DNA of 64,000 bases from Verrucomicrobiales bacterium (lineage in GTDB: Bacteria; Verrucomicrobiota; Verrucomicrobiia; Limisphaerales; JAYPXF01): contig PBAL01000022.1 of NCBI GenBank assembly GCA_002715965.1, forward strand, positions 14,680 to 78,679, read 5' to 3'. The notes beneath the pieces were generated by a model. It was not told the DNA's origin. It saw only the letters and a list, made by a program, of their open reading frames with translations, and made no database searches. Made by a program: the position numbers and the translations under genes. This document shows positions 63,962-64,000 of this stretch, one piece after another (within the stretch, counting starts at the first letter, position 1; the number at the start of each line of letters is the position of its first letter).

Positions 63962-64000
63962 GGCGCATGAAATCGAACCAGGAAATAATGGTTGCCCGAC

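Overview
A 64-kb, GC-rich chromosomal segment whose gene content points to Verrucomicrobiota/PVC: a DUF1549/DUF1553 cytochrome plus DUF1501 pair, four sulfatases, an H-X9-DG prepilin, futalosine-pathway mqnD and a Verrucomicrobia-type proteasome alpha subunit. Housekeeping genes (ndk, ssrA, mdh, hisG, pyrF, yebC-family, trpD, glpFK, nuoBCDE, a 33-aa bS22/AURKAIP1-like protein) are interleaved with secreted hydrolases and many truncated, frameshifted or chimeric gene remnants. Most notable: (1) a two-gene version of a TrcP-like deaminase plus pseudouridine synthase RNA-editing module beside a 6S-like RNA; (2) a 1082-aa (GIDE-TM-LemA)x2 protein fused to an M48-protease-type C-terminal domain; (3) a sigma54/IHF-type promoter on an H-X9-DG pilin, followed by an in-frame gspA/gspB deletion fusion and an IS-derived miniature element; (4) an orphan proteasome alpha gene with two frameshifts. 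I saw no CRISPR array, prophage or intact transposase. All family calls come from motif recognition by eye, not database searches.
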